A DNA stretch of 64,000 bases from an uncultured Chloroflexia bacterium (GTDB lineage: Bacteria > Chloroflexota > Limnocylindria > Limnocylindrales > CSP1-4). Position numbers and translations under genes: made by a program. The stretch is from contig CAVVCZ010000001.1 of NCBI GenBank assembly GCA_963746845.1, positions 192,001 through 256,000 of the forward strand. Direction: 5' to 3'. The notes under the pieces are model-generated. The model searched no databases. It had not been told where the DNA came from and worked only from the letters and a program-made list of their open reading frames with translations. Shown here one piece after another: positions 8,795 through 17,963 of the stretch (position 1 is the first letter of the stretch; every line of letters starts with the position of its first letter).

Positions 8795-9238
8795 ATGAGC
8801 GAGCCCGCGGCGGCGTACGCCGGACCCACGGCCCTCGAGGCTGCCCTCGACCGGGTCGGCGACCGCTGGTCACTCCTCGTCGTCGACGCGCTGCTCGACG
8901 GCCCGCGCCGGTTCGGCGAGCTGCGCGAGGCGCTGCCCGGGATCGCGGCGAACATCCTGACGGATCGCCTCCGCCGTCTCGAACGCGAACGGATCCTCGT
9001 GTCGACGCCCTATAGCACGCGACCGCCGCGAATGGAGTACACGCTCACCGGCGACGGCCGCGATCTCGCCTCGGCGCTGCGGCTGCTTGCGGACTGGGGG
9101 AGCCGTCGGACCGGCGGCGAGCCGCTCCGCCACGACCGCTGCGGGACCCCGGTCGAGGCTCGCTGGTTCTGCCCGACGTGCGCGATGGCCGTCAGCGACG
9201 CGGAGATCTCCGGCGTCGAGGAGACGCGGCTGGTCTGA
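8795..9238 (+). CDS. HxlR-family winged-helix regulator with C-terminal HxxC/CxxC
   Basis: VGDRWSLLVV..GPRRFGEL..PGI..L..RLRRL..EYTLT; apparently leaderless. Confidence 0.9.
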   Translation: MSEPAAAYAGPTALEAALDRVGDRWSLLVVDALLDGPRRFGELREALPGIAANILTDRLRRLERERILVSTPYSTRPPRMEYTLTGDGRDLASALRLLADWGSRRTGGEPLRHDRCGTPVEARWFCPTCAMAVSDAEISGVEETRLV

Positions 9239-9262
9239 CGATCGGGCCCTCGGCGGTCGGCC

Positions 9263-11428
9263 TCAGGTCTTCCTGGTCCCCACGACGGTGACGCCGTCCA
9301 CGGCTGGGTAGTTCGAGAAGTACCGCTTCGTCCAGTGCAGCTTGCCGTGGTCGAAGATCGACACGGTGACCCACACCTTGGCGCCGTCCGCCGGGGCGTT
9401 GTTGAAGAACCGGTATCCCACGGGCTTGGTCGGATCCCTCTGGACCGTGGCGATCGCGCGCGGGCCCGGCTGGATGACGAGGTTGCTGATCTTGTAGGTC
9501 CGGCCGTTCGGCACGCTCCAGATCTTGAACGTGATCCATCGCTTGTTCCCCGCGTGCGTGATGATCCGCTGGATCAGGATCGGGTACTTGGTGTCGTTCC
9601 TGAAGCTCATGGTCTGCTTGGTCCCGCCCACGATCCACACGGTGGCATCGAGACCCGGCGGATACCGGTTGATGAACTCGTTGTGGTTCTGTCGAGCGAG
9701 CGGCACCATGCCGGCCCGGAATGCCGCGTTGAACAGCGTCGTCGACGTCGTGCAGATGCCGCCGCCGAACGCGCCGGTGACGGTGATCTTCCCGCCCTCG
9801 ATCGCGTTGCCCGGGCCCGCGCCCGGGAGCTTGCGCAGGTCGCCGACGACCTTCCAGAAGTCGAAGATTCCGCCTGGCGGCACGACCGTCCCGTCGATCT
9901 TCGTGGCCGGCGCCTCGATGTTCCCACCCCAGTGGTTGTTCACGATGACCCAGTAGTAGACGCTGAACGAGCTGATGACCCGCATCTTGGGGGCAAACGC
10001 CTTGGCGGCCTCCGCGGTCAGCTTCGGATCGACGGCCTTGACCACGGCTGCGACCGGCGATGCCGCCGCGCCCGCCTGGCGGGCCCCGATCGCACTGATG
10101 ATCGCGGCCTTCATGCCGGCCGCGTTGAGCGTTCGGCCCTCGCGGCTCGTGCCGGTGGCGACGACGTGTCCGCTGACCCGCTTGAGGCCCGCGTCCTGCG
10201 CGGTCCGGTTGACCTTCTTGGCCAGCGTCTTGAGCATCGGGTCGAGGCCCGCCTCGTCGAACACCGGGGTGATGCTCCCGTCGGCAGCGGTCGAGAACGA
10301 GATCAGCGGAGCCAGGCTCGCGCCGTCGATCGTCCAGGTGTCGTTGCCCCGGGCGACGACCACGTCGGCGGCCATGCGCTTCGCCGCTGCCTGCGCCGTC
10401 TCGGCCGAAGCGGTTACGACAGCGGGTGGCAACGGCACGACCGGCACGGCCATCGTGATCGACGCCGGCGTGCCGAGCGCCGCGAGCTGCTGGTCGAGCG
10501 CGGAAACCAGGGCCGCCTGGTCCACGGCGCGACCGTCCTTTGCTGCGGAGACGCTGAACGTCCCGCCCTGGCCGGCCACCACGAAGGCGTCTTCAGGTGT
10601 CTCGTCGATCGTCGTGGCGAGGGTCTCGACGGCGCCGGCCAGCTTGTCGCGGTCGTAGGCAACGGCGGAGTCGAGGGTCACTCCTCGGATCGCGGCCCGG
10701 GGTGAGCCGATGAGGTTCGCGAGGGGCTCGCCCTGGCGGCCTGCCGCGAGTGCCCCGTCGAGCAGCCTCGCGGTGTCGGGGCCACGGCCGAGGTCGGCGT
10801 AGCTGATGGTCGTGATCTTGCCGTCCGGGCCGGTGAGCGTGACCTGCCCGTCGCCGAGCCAGCCATAGGCGTCCGCGATCTTCGCCCTGGCCTGCTCGCG
10901 AGTCAGCCCGCCGAGTTCCGTGTTGCCGATGCGGACGCCGGGCAGGACCCGGCCGTCGTACTGCTGGCCCCATGCATACAGGGCGCCGACGCCGACGCCG
11001 AGGGTGAGCAGGACACCCAGGACGAACGCGACTCCGAAGCGGAGGGCGAGCGACCGTCGGCGCCGGGGCGGTGCCGAGGGCTCGCCGTCGGCCACGGTGG
11101 CCGCGAGGGGCAGGACCGGCACGGCATCGAGGACGGGCTCGGTGGCAACCGCCCCGGGCTCGGTGGCATCCGCCCCGGCCTCGGGCGTCGCAGCGTCGGC
11201 GGCGGGGCCTGCCTCGGACGCCTGAGCGGTCTCGTCGGCGGCAGGCACGGCGACGGGCTGCCCCGGGGCGTCGGCCGCCGGGGCGTCGGTCGGCGAGGGG
11301 TCGCCGCCGGCCGGCGGTGCGCCGCTCCGGACGAGCGCCGCGAGCTCGGGGTCGCCGGCGGGCGTCTCGATGTCCGGCGTGGAGGCGGCGCCAGCCTGGT
11401 CGGCGGAGGAGTTGGGCAAGTCGGTCAT
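9263..11428 (-). CDS. VanW-family membrane protein with peptidoglycan-binding repeats
   Basis: Single TM, RVLPGVRIG..LGGLT repeat start, GGGICTTSTTLFNAA..YPPGLDATV..FRNDT VanW motifs. Confidence 0.88.
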   Translation of the reverse strand: MTDLPNSSADQAGAASTPDIETPAGDPELAALVRSGAPPAGGDPSPTDAPAADAPGQPVAVPAADETAQASEAGPAADAATPEAGADATEPGAVATEPVLDAVPVLPLAATVADGEPSAPPRRRRSLALRFGVAFVLGVLLTLGVGVGALYAWGQQYDGRVLPGVRIGNTELGGLTREQARAKIADAYGWLGDGQVTLTGPDGKITTISYADLGRGPDTARLLDGALAAGRQGEPLANLIGSPRAAIRGVTLDSAVAYDRDKLAGAVETLATTIDETPEDAFVVAGQGGTFSVSAAKDGRAVDQAALVSALDQQLAALGTPASITMAVPVVPLPPAVVTASAETAQAAAKRMAADVVVARGNDTWTIDGASLAPLISFSTAADGSITPVFDEAGLDPMLKTLAKKVNRTAQDAGLKRVSGHVVATGTSREGRTLNAAGMKAAIISAIGARQAGAAASPVAAVVKAVDPKLTAEAAKAFAPKMRVISSFSVYYWVIVNNHWGGNIEAPATKIDGTVVPPGGIFDFWKVVGDLRKLPGAGPGNAIEGGKITVTGAFGGGICTTSTTLFNAAFRAGMVPLARQNHNEFINRYPPGLDATVWIVGGTKQTMSFRNDTKYPILIQRIITHAGNKRWITFKIWSVPNGRTYKISNLVIQPGPRAIATVQRDPTKPVGYRFFNNAPADGAKVWVTVSIFDHGKLHWTKRYFSNYPAVDGVTVVGTRKT

Positions 11429-11596
11429 CAGAGGCTCATGCGCGGTCGGCCGGCGCCAGTTCGATGTCCGTGGGGTCGAGCGCGGTGGTCATGGGACGCG
11501 GATCATCCTACGTGTTCGCCTTGGGCGGAGCGACCGGGACTCGTTCGTGACGATCGCGGCGAGGCGAGCGTGACGCTGCCGGATCACCGGCTGCGG

Positions 11597-12664
11597 TCAG
11601 CCGCCTCGCAGCAGGACGACGATCCGGCGGTTCGGCTCCTCTCCGATGGACTGCGTCGCGACCTGCGGATGATCGCGCAGCGCGAGATGGATCCAGCGGC
11701 GCTCGAGGGCGGGCATCGGCTCGAGCTGGATCATCTTGCCGGTCTCTTCGACACGAGCGGCCGCGCGGTTTGCGAGGTCCCGGAGCTGGCGCTCCCGTCG
11801 CCCGCGGTAATCCTCGACATCGACGAGGACGCGGGTCCACTCGCCCATCCGCCGCGAGAGCATCAGATTGACGAGGTGCTGCAGGGCGGAGAGCCGCTCG
11901 CCCTTGCGCCCGATGAGCGATCCGAGGGCCTCGCGGCCGTCCGGATCCGCCACCACGTTCAGGCGGGAGGTGTCCCCGCTCTCGACCTCGACGCTGACGG
12001 CGAAGCCGATGTGCCGCATCAGCTCTTCGAGGATCTCCTTGCCGGCGGCGAGCGCCTCCGGCGATGCCTCGGCGGCCTCCAGATCGGCGCGCTCCGCGGC
12101 GAGCGAGCCGCGAGCGGCCTGGACCTCGGCGGTCTCCGTCGCGCTCAGGTCTGACGTGCCGCGGCCACCCGACGACGTGGCGCGATCGTCGCGGCGCGGG
12201 CCGCGGTCGTCGCGACGCGGCGGGCGCCCGCCGCCACCGGACGTGGACTGGGCAGCGGCCGGGGCCGGGGCCGGCCGATCCTCGGTCGGGGCGGAATCGG
12301 GACTCGGCGCTGCGCCACCCGATGACGGGGCGCGGTCGTCGCGGCGCGGGCCGCGGTCGCGATCACCGCGATAGCCCCGGTCATCGCGGCGCGGGCCGCG
12401 GTCGCGGTCCTCACGCGGCTCGCGGGGCGGCGAGGGCGGAAGCGGCGTGCTCGCCGCGGCCTCGCGCTTGGGCGCGGCGCCACCGAGCGCCGACCGCGGC
12501 GCGGCCACGATCCGGGCGGGCTCGGCGCCCATCCCGAGGACGCCGCGGCTCCCCGCGGTCAGGATCTCGAAGTCGAGGTCGTTCAGCTCCACGCCGAACT
12601 CGTCTCGGGCGGCCTTGAGCGCCTCCTCGACGCTCTTGCCGGCGAACTCGCGGTAGGCACTCAT
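11597..12664 (-). CDS. khpB: Jag/KhpB (EloR) RNA-binding protein
   Basis: Jag_N (GKSVEEAL), KH (LIGRKGERLSALQ), R3H (ERRWIH); TGATG overlap with yidC. Confidence 0.93.
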   Translation of the reverse strand: MSAYREFAGKSVEEALKAARDEFGVELNDLDFEILTAGSRGVLGMGAEPARIVAAPRSALGGAAPKREAAASTPLPPSPPREPREDRDRGPRRDDRGYRGDRDRGPRRDDRAPSSGGAAPSPDSAPTEDRPAPAPAAAQSTSGGGGRPPRRDDRGPRRDDRATSSGGRGTSDLSATETAEVQAARGSLAAERADLEAAEASPEALAAGKEILEELMRHIGFAVSVEVESGDTSRLNVVADPDGREALGSLIGRKGERLSALQHLVNLMLSRRMGEWTRVLVDVEDYRGRRERQLRDLANRAAARVEETGKMIQLEPMPALERRWIHLALRDHPQVATQSIGEEPNRRIVVLLRGG

Positions 12665-13848
12665 CAGCGGCGTCTCCCTCGGCGGCCCTGGCGGCCGCGC
12701 TCCTTGTGGCGAATCGTCTTGTCGACCGCGGCGGCCTTGCCGGCGGCACCCCCCAGCGGGGAGGTGGCCGGGCGGCTCTTGGGGTCGACCGGGGGTGGCA
12801 GGTTGATCGGGAACCTCGGCGTGTGGGCGACGGCGAACGCCGGCGTCCGGCCCAGGAACGGGAACATCCCGCCCCAGCCCGTGAACAGGTATTGCTGGAT
12901 GATCGAGAAGATCGTCGAAACGATGATGTAGAGGAGCAGGCCCGCCGGCCAGGTCCCGCCGAGGAACACGTAGATCAGCGGGAAGATCGCACCCATCTGG
13001 CGCTGGATCCGCTGGTTCGGGTCGTTCAGGTCGACCATTGCGCCCGACGGCAGGCTGAGGCGGGACTGGACGTACATCAGCGCGCCGGCGACCAGGCCAA
13101 GGACGCTGATGCCGAACGGTCCGACCGTGAACGCCACGAGCGGCAGGCTCCAGTTCACACCGAAGGCGACCGGGTCCAGGCACGGGTTGGTGACGTGACC
13201 GGCAGCGTTGATGATCGGCGCGGCGGCGCAGTGCATGTCGACGATCGTGAACCCGAAGATGTTCATCATCGCCTGGGGGTTGTAGTTGCTGAGGCCGGCG
13301 CTGAACACCGTGTAGAGCGGGATCAGTGGCAGGGTCACGAGCAGGATCGGCAGGCACCCGGAGAGGGGGCTGATCCCGCGCTCCTTGTAGAGCTGCTGCT
13401 GGGCGGCCTGAGCCTTCACCCGGTCGCCCTTGTAGCGCTTCTGGATCTCCTTGAGCTCCGGACCGAGGAGCTGCATCCGTCGCGAGGACACGATCTGGCG
13501 CCGGTAGAACGGCGTCAGCAGGGCCCGGAGGCCAACGGTCAGCAGGATGATCGCGATGGCGATGTTGCCGGTCAGCCTGTCGAGGAGGACGAGCAGGATG
13601 AAGAACGTCTGGTACAGCGGCGTGAACAGCCACGGGATGAACTCGAGGGGGCTCAGGCCGAACTTCGCCGGCTCCAGCGGGATCGCGGCGGGCGGGAGGG
13701 GCGTCGCGGTCGGGACGGCGCCGCTGCCGGCCGGGGAGCCGGACGGGCCGCCCACACCGGCGCACGCGGCGACGAGGATGGCGACGGCGACGATCCCGAG
13801 CAGGGGCAGCAGCCGGGCGAGATCGGAGCGGAGGCGCGAACGGGTCAC
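12664..13848 (-). CDS. yidC: Membrane protein insertase YidC (lipoprotein-type N-terminus)
   Basis: MQLLGPELKEIQKRYK, GCLPIL, PAGLLLY..QQ; lipobox-like VAAC; synteny. Confidence 0.93.
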   Translation of the reverse strand: MTRSRLRSDLARLLPLLGIVAVAILVAACAGVGGPSGSPAGSGAVPTATPLPPAAIPLEPAKFGLSPLEFIPWLFTPLYQTFFILLVLLDRLTGNIAIAIILLTVGLRALLTPFYRRQIVSSRRMQLLGPELKEIQKRYKGDRVKAQAAQQQLYKERGISPLSGCLPILLVTLPLIPLYTVFSAGLSNYNPQAMMNIFGFTIVDMHCAAAPIINAAGHVTNPCLDPVAFGVNWSLPLVAFTVGPFGISVLGLVAGALMYVQSRLSLPSGAMVDLNDPNQRIQRQMGAIFPLIYVFLGGTWPAGLLLYIIVSTIFSIIQQYLFTGWGGMFPFLGRTPAFAVAHTPRFPINLPPPVDPKSRPATSPLGGAAGKAAAVDKTIRHKERGRQGRRGRRR

Positions 13849-13865
13849 TCGGTCTCTCGTGTGTG

Positions 13866-14072
13866 TCAGCGAACCGGGTCGTACCCACCCGGATGCCACG
13901 GGTGGCATCGGGCGATCCGCTTCGCGCCCATCCAGCTCCCGCGGAACAGGCCGTACTTCTGGATGGCCTGCTCCGTGTAGCGCGAGCAGGTGGGTTCGTA
14001 TCGACAGCTGGACGGCGCCCAGGCGAACACGATCCGATAGAGCCGGATGAGCCCGATCCCGATGGTCTTCAC
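13866..14072 (-). CDS. yidD: Membrane protein insertion efficiency factor
   Basis: [22 protein letters not shown]. Confidence 0.95.
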   Translation of the reverse strand: MKTIGIGLIRLYRIVFAWAPSSCRYEPTCSRYTEQAIQKYGLFRGSWMGAKRIARCHPWHPGGYDPVR

Positions 14073-14422
14073 GACCCCGCCTGACCTCCCAGCACCCCTC
14101 CGCGCTGGAGGAGGCGTCGCAGCGTTTCGACCAGCGTCCGATGGTCCGCCTCGACAATCGCCGGTCGGGCGATGATCAGGACGTCCCAGCCGGGCTGGAA
14201 CGAGGGCGCCATCGCCCTGAGCACCTCCCGGAGCCGCCGCCGGACGCGATTGCGAACCACGGCGCCGCCAAGCTTCCGGCCTGTCGCCAGACCGAACCGG
14301 GTCGTCTCGAGGTCCGTTCGCAGGAAGCGGGCGGTGAGGAGGGGGTGGGACCGAACGGCCCCGGCCTGCATCGCCGCGAAGTCCTGCGGACGGGAGAGCA
14401 TCACGAGCCGCGGCGGATGCAT
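14069..14422 (-). CDS. rnpA: RNase P protein
   Basis: [25 protein letters not shown] motif; synteny. Confidence 0.93.
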   Translation of the reverse strand: MHPPRLVMLSRPQDFAAMQAGAVRSHPLLTARFLRTDLETTRFGLATGRKLGGAVVRNRVRRRLREVLRAMAPSFQPGWDVLIIARPAIVEADHRTLVETLRRLLQRGGVLGGQAGS

Positions 14423-14436
14423 GCCGCGCTCGGTCG

Positions 14437-14571
14437 TCAGGCCGTCAGTCGCTTTCGACCACGGGCCCGCCGGGCGGCGATGACGCGGCGGCCACCGGCC
14501 GTTCGCATCCGGGCTCGGAAGCCGTGCTCCTTCGCGCGATGCCGCTTCTTGGGCTGATAGGTCTGCTTCAT
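14437..14571 (-). CDS. rpmH: 50S ribosomal protein L34
   Basis: [22 protein letters not shown]...RGRKRLTA. Confidence 0.97.
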   Translation of the reverse strand: MKQTYQPKKRHRAKEHGFRARMRTAGGRRVIAARRARGRKRLTA

Positions 14572-14683
14572 CGGGACTGGACGCGATCCTCTCCGCTGGG
14601 CCCCGGGTCGACATCCGACCCCGGAAGGCACACGAACGCGCCGTGCGCCTCGTGAGCGCGTGGGCGCGTTCGTCGTCCGGCGG

Positions 14684-14713
14684 ATGATATGACGGCCCGT
14701 TTCCGAGTGTCAA
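14684..14713 (-). promoter_or_regulatory. rpmH promoter
   Basis: TTGACA-N18-TATCAT on minus strand. Confidence 0.65.
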
Positions 14714-14799
14714 ACGTCCGAACGGCCCGACAGGGTGGCCGGAACGGGCTTCCGCGGCCGTCCCGTTGCGATACTCCCTGGGAGTATGCGGGAATCGCC

Positions 14800-14829
14800 T
14801 TGCGACGCCGGATCGGCCGGTGCTATCCT
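14800..14829 (+). promoter_or_regulatory. dnaA promoter
   Basis: TTGCGA-N18-TATCCT with TGn extension. Confidence 0.5.
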
Positions 14830-15028
14830 CACCGGGCCCACGGCGCCGGGACGTTCGCGGGCCAGGCCCCAGGCACGTGAATCACCGGGGACCTGGAGCG
14901 TCGATCCGGCCGAGCCGGAGACCCTCCGAGTCCCGTCGTCGTCCGGTTCTCCGCGACCCCGCTCGGACCGCCGTGGCGGCCAATTCATCCTTCAAACACC
15001 GTTCTTGGATCGGGACATCATCGACCGT

Positions 15029-16399
15029 ATGGACGCCAAGCAGGTCTGGCGCGCCGCCCTCGGCGAGCTGCAGGTCTCTCTCTCGCCGGCCAACTTCGAG
15101 ACCTGGCTGCGCGACACGCAGCTGGTCGACGTCGACGAGCAGCGCTTCCGCATCGGCGTCCCGAACGGCTTCGCCAAGGACTGGCTGGAGAACCGCTACC
15201 GCTCGCTGATCAGCCAGACCCTGGCCCGGATCGTCGGCTACAGCGTCCAGGTCGAGTTCACGGTCATCCCCGTGGACCCGGCGACCGCCGGCGAGGAGGG
15301 CGTCGCGCCGTCGGCCGGCCCGTCCGCACCCCAGGTCCGTCTCGAGCCGGGTCGGGTCGGGGGCGAGGGCAGCTCGGCGAACCTGAACCCGCGCTACACG
15401 TTCGCCAACTTCATCGTCGGCTCCGCCAACCGTCTCGCCCACGCCGCGAGCCTGTCGGTCGCGGAGCGCCCAGGCCACGCCTACAACCCCCTGTTCCTGT
15501 ACGGCGGGGTCGGGCTCGGCAAGACCCACCTGATGCATGCGATCGGCAGCCAGGTGATCGCGAAGTTCCCGCGGAAGCGCGTCGTCTACGCGACGAGCGA
15601 GAAGTTCACGAACGAGTTCATCACCTCGATCCAGCAGGGCAAGATCGACGAGTTCCGCGCGCGCTACCGACGGATCGACCTCCTCCTCATCGACGACATC
15701 CAGTTCATCGCCGACAAGGAGCGGACCCAGGAGGAGTTCTTCCACACGTTCAACGCGATCCACGAGGACGGCAAGCAGATCGTCCTGTCGTCCGACCGCC
15801 CGCCGAAGGCGATCCTCACCCTCGAGGAGCGACTCCGCTCCCGATTCGAGTGGGGCCTGATCGCGGATCTGACCGCGCCGGACCTCGAGACGCGGATCGC
15901 GATCCTCCGGGCCAAGGCGGAGGAGGGCTCGGTGCCGATCACGTCCGACGTGATCGAGTTCATTGCCCGCAAGGTCGTCAGCAACATCCGCGAGCTCGAG
16001 GGAGCGCTCAACCGGATCGTGGCGTTCGCGTCCATGGGCGCAACCCCGATCTCGATCGAGCTCGCCCAGGCGGTGCTGTCGAACGTCCTCTACAACCCCA
16101 AGAAGCGGCAGGTCACCCCGGAGCGGATCGCCCGGGCGGTCGCGGACTACTACGGGGTCCCGATGGACGCGCTCCAGGGCCAGAAGCGGGACAAGGCAAT
16201 CGTCACGCCGCGCCAGGTCGCGATGTTCCTGATGCGCGAGGAGACGGACGTGTCGCTCCTCCGGATCGGGGCCGAGCTCGGCGGCCGGGACCACTCCACG
16301 GTCCTCCACGCCTGCGACAAGATCACCCGTGAGAGCGCCGTCAACGACGAGCTGCGCCGCGAGATCGCCGCCGTCCGCGAGCTGATCTACGCCGACTGA
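15029..16399 (+). CDS. dnaA: Replication initiator DnaA
   Basis: YNPLFLYGGVGLGKTHL, LLIDDIQF, RLRSRFEWGL, GGRDHSTVLH. Confidence 0.98.
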   Translation: MDAKQVWRAALGELQVSLSPANFETWLRDTQLVDVDEQRFRIGVPNGFAKDWLENRYRSLISQTLARIVGYSVQVEFTVIPVDPATAGEEGVAPSAGPSAPQVRLEPGRVGGEGSSANLNPRYTFANFIVGSANRLAHAASLSVAERPGHAYNPLFLYGGVGLGKTHLMHAIGSQVIAKFPRKRVVYATSEKFTNEFITSIQQGKIDEFRARYRRIDLLLIDDIQFIADKERTQEEFFHTFNAIHEDGKQIVLSSDRPPKAILTLEERLRSRFEWGLIADLTAPDLETRIAILRAKAEEGSVPITSDVIEFIARKVVSNIRELEGALNRIVAFASMGATPISIELAQAVLSNVLYNPKKRQVTPERIARAVADYYGVPMDALQGQKRDKAIVTPRQVAMFLMREETDVSLLRIGAELGGRDHSTVLHACDKITRESAVNDELRREIAAVRELIYAD

Positions 16400-16847
16400 T
16401 TCCGGCCCCTCGGGCGGGGTGAACCATTCGGCGACGGGCCTTGTGAACCGGTTCAGGAACCTCTCCGTGTGGACAACCGGGCCGAATCCGTGGACAACGG
16501 CCCGCCGTTGTGGACAGATCCCGCTCGCCGGCGTCGACGGCCCGGGGCCCCGGCGTGGACGATCGGGGCCCGATCCGAGGGCAGGCCTGGCGGGGCGGCG
16601 GGTCGTCCACCACCCGCCCACCATGGCGACACCGATCCTGCTCCGCCGGTCCACCGCGACCGCCCGGTCATCCACCGTCCCGCCGCGCACGGTCACGAGG
16701 CCCGGTCCACGGCGTCCACACCATGATGACGGTGATGACGGAATGAGAAGATAGGGAGAAGATACCCACGACCTCTCGACCGGCCCGCTGCGCCCGACTC
16801 GGGCCCGCCCGGACGACCCGGCCCCGTCACTTGGAGATCAACCCGAC
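16400..16847. other. Probable replication origin oriC
   Basis: dnaA-dnaN intergenic region with about 9 DnaA-box-like 9-mers (e.g. TGTGGACAA 16468, CGTGGACAA 16489, TGTGGACAG 16509, GCGTCCACA 16712) followed by a purine-rich periodic tract. Confidence 0.8.
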
Positions 16848-17963
16848 GTGAAGCTTTCGGTCATGCAGGAGAACCTCGCTCGCGGCCTGTCGGTCGTCAG
16901 CCGAGCCGTCTCGAACCGCTCCCTGCCGGTCCTGACGAACGTCCTCCTGAAGACCGAGGACGGCGGGCTGAAGCTCACCGCCACGAACCTCGAGATCGGG
17001 ATCACCTATTGGGTGTCCGGCAAGATCGAGACCGAGGGTGCGACGTCCGTGCCGGCTCGCCTGCTGACCGACCTCGTCAACAGCCTGCCGGGTGGTGAGC
17101 CGATCATCCTGGAGCTCGGCGAGGGCGAGACGCTCCACATCCGGGCCGGCCGGTTCGAGTCGAACATCAAGGGGATCCCGGCCGACGACTTCCCGACCGT
17201 CCAGACGGCCGGCGAGCGGCCGGTGACCCGGATCGAGCAGAAGGTCCTCCGCCAGGCGCTCGACGAGACGGCGTTCGCGGCCGCGAGCGACGAGGCCCGG
17301 CCGATCCTGACCGGTGTGCTCGCCCGGTTCGAGGGCGACCAGCTGACGCTCGCTGCGGCCGACAACTACCGGATCGCGGTCAAGCGCGTGACGGTCCTCG
17401 ATCCGGTCGAGGAGATGAGCGTCGTGATCCCGGCCCGGGCCCTGCACGAGCTGGCGCGCATCCTCACGGACACGGACGACCCGGTGTCGATCGTGCTCGC
17501 CCACTCGCGGAACCAGCTCCTGTTCCACGTCGAGGGCGTGGACCTCGTGACCCGCCTGATCGACGGCCAGTACCCCAACTACCAGTCGGTCCTGCCGGCG
17601 AGCCATGCGACCCGGGCGGTCCTCGATCGCGAGGAGCTCCTCCGGGCCGTCCGGCCGGCGGCCCTGATCGCCCATGAGTCGGCGAACATCGTGAAGCTCG
17701 GGGTGGGCCTGGACGGCGACCCGGGGATCACGGTGAGCGCGAACGCCGAGGTCGGCGACCACGTCGGCCACGTCGAGGCCGCGGTCGAGGGCGACGGCAC
17801 GACGATCGCGTTCAACGCCCGCTTCCTCGCGGACGTCCTCACGAACGTCGACGCGGACCAGTTCGCCCTGGAGCTGAACGGGCCGCTGTCACCCGGCGTG
17901 TTCAAGCCGGTCGGCGACGACCGGTACGTTCACGTCGTCATGCCGCTCCGGACGACGTCCTGA
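16848..17963 (+). CDS. dnaN: DNA polymerase III beta clamp
   Basis: LKLTATNLEIGI, ASDEARPILTG, RLIDGQYPNY, VVMPLR. Confidence 0.97.
   Translation: MKLSVMQENLARGLSVVSRAVSNRSLPVLTNVLLKTEDGGLKLTATNLEIGITYWVSGKIETEGATSVPARLLTDLVNSLPGGEPIILELGEGETLHIRAGRFESNIKGIPADDFPTVQTAGERPVTRIEQKVLRQALDETAFAAASDEARPILTGVLARFEGDQLTLAAADNYRIAVKRVTVLDPVEEMSVVIPARALHELARILTDTDDPVSIVLAHSRNQLLFHVEGVDLVTRLIDGQYPNYQSVLPASHATRAVLDREELLRAVRPAALIAHESANIVKLGVGLDGDPGITVSANAEVGDHVGHVEAAVEGDGTTIAFNARFLADVLTNVDADQFALELNGPLSPGVFKPVGDDRYVHVVMPLRTTS

Noticed and set aside
11597-14157. Long N-terminal extensions of jag, yidC and other tracked ORFs (e.g. 24170-27217, 57579-59660)
   Set aside because: Artefacts of first-start calling; real starts sit at stop/start overlaps or SD sites
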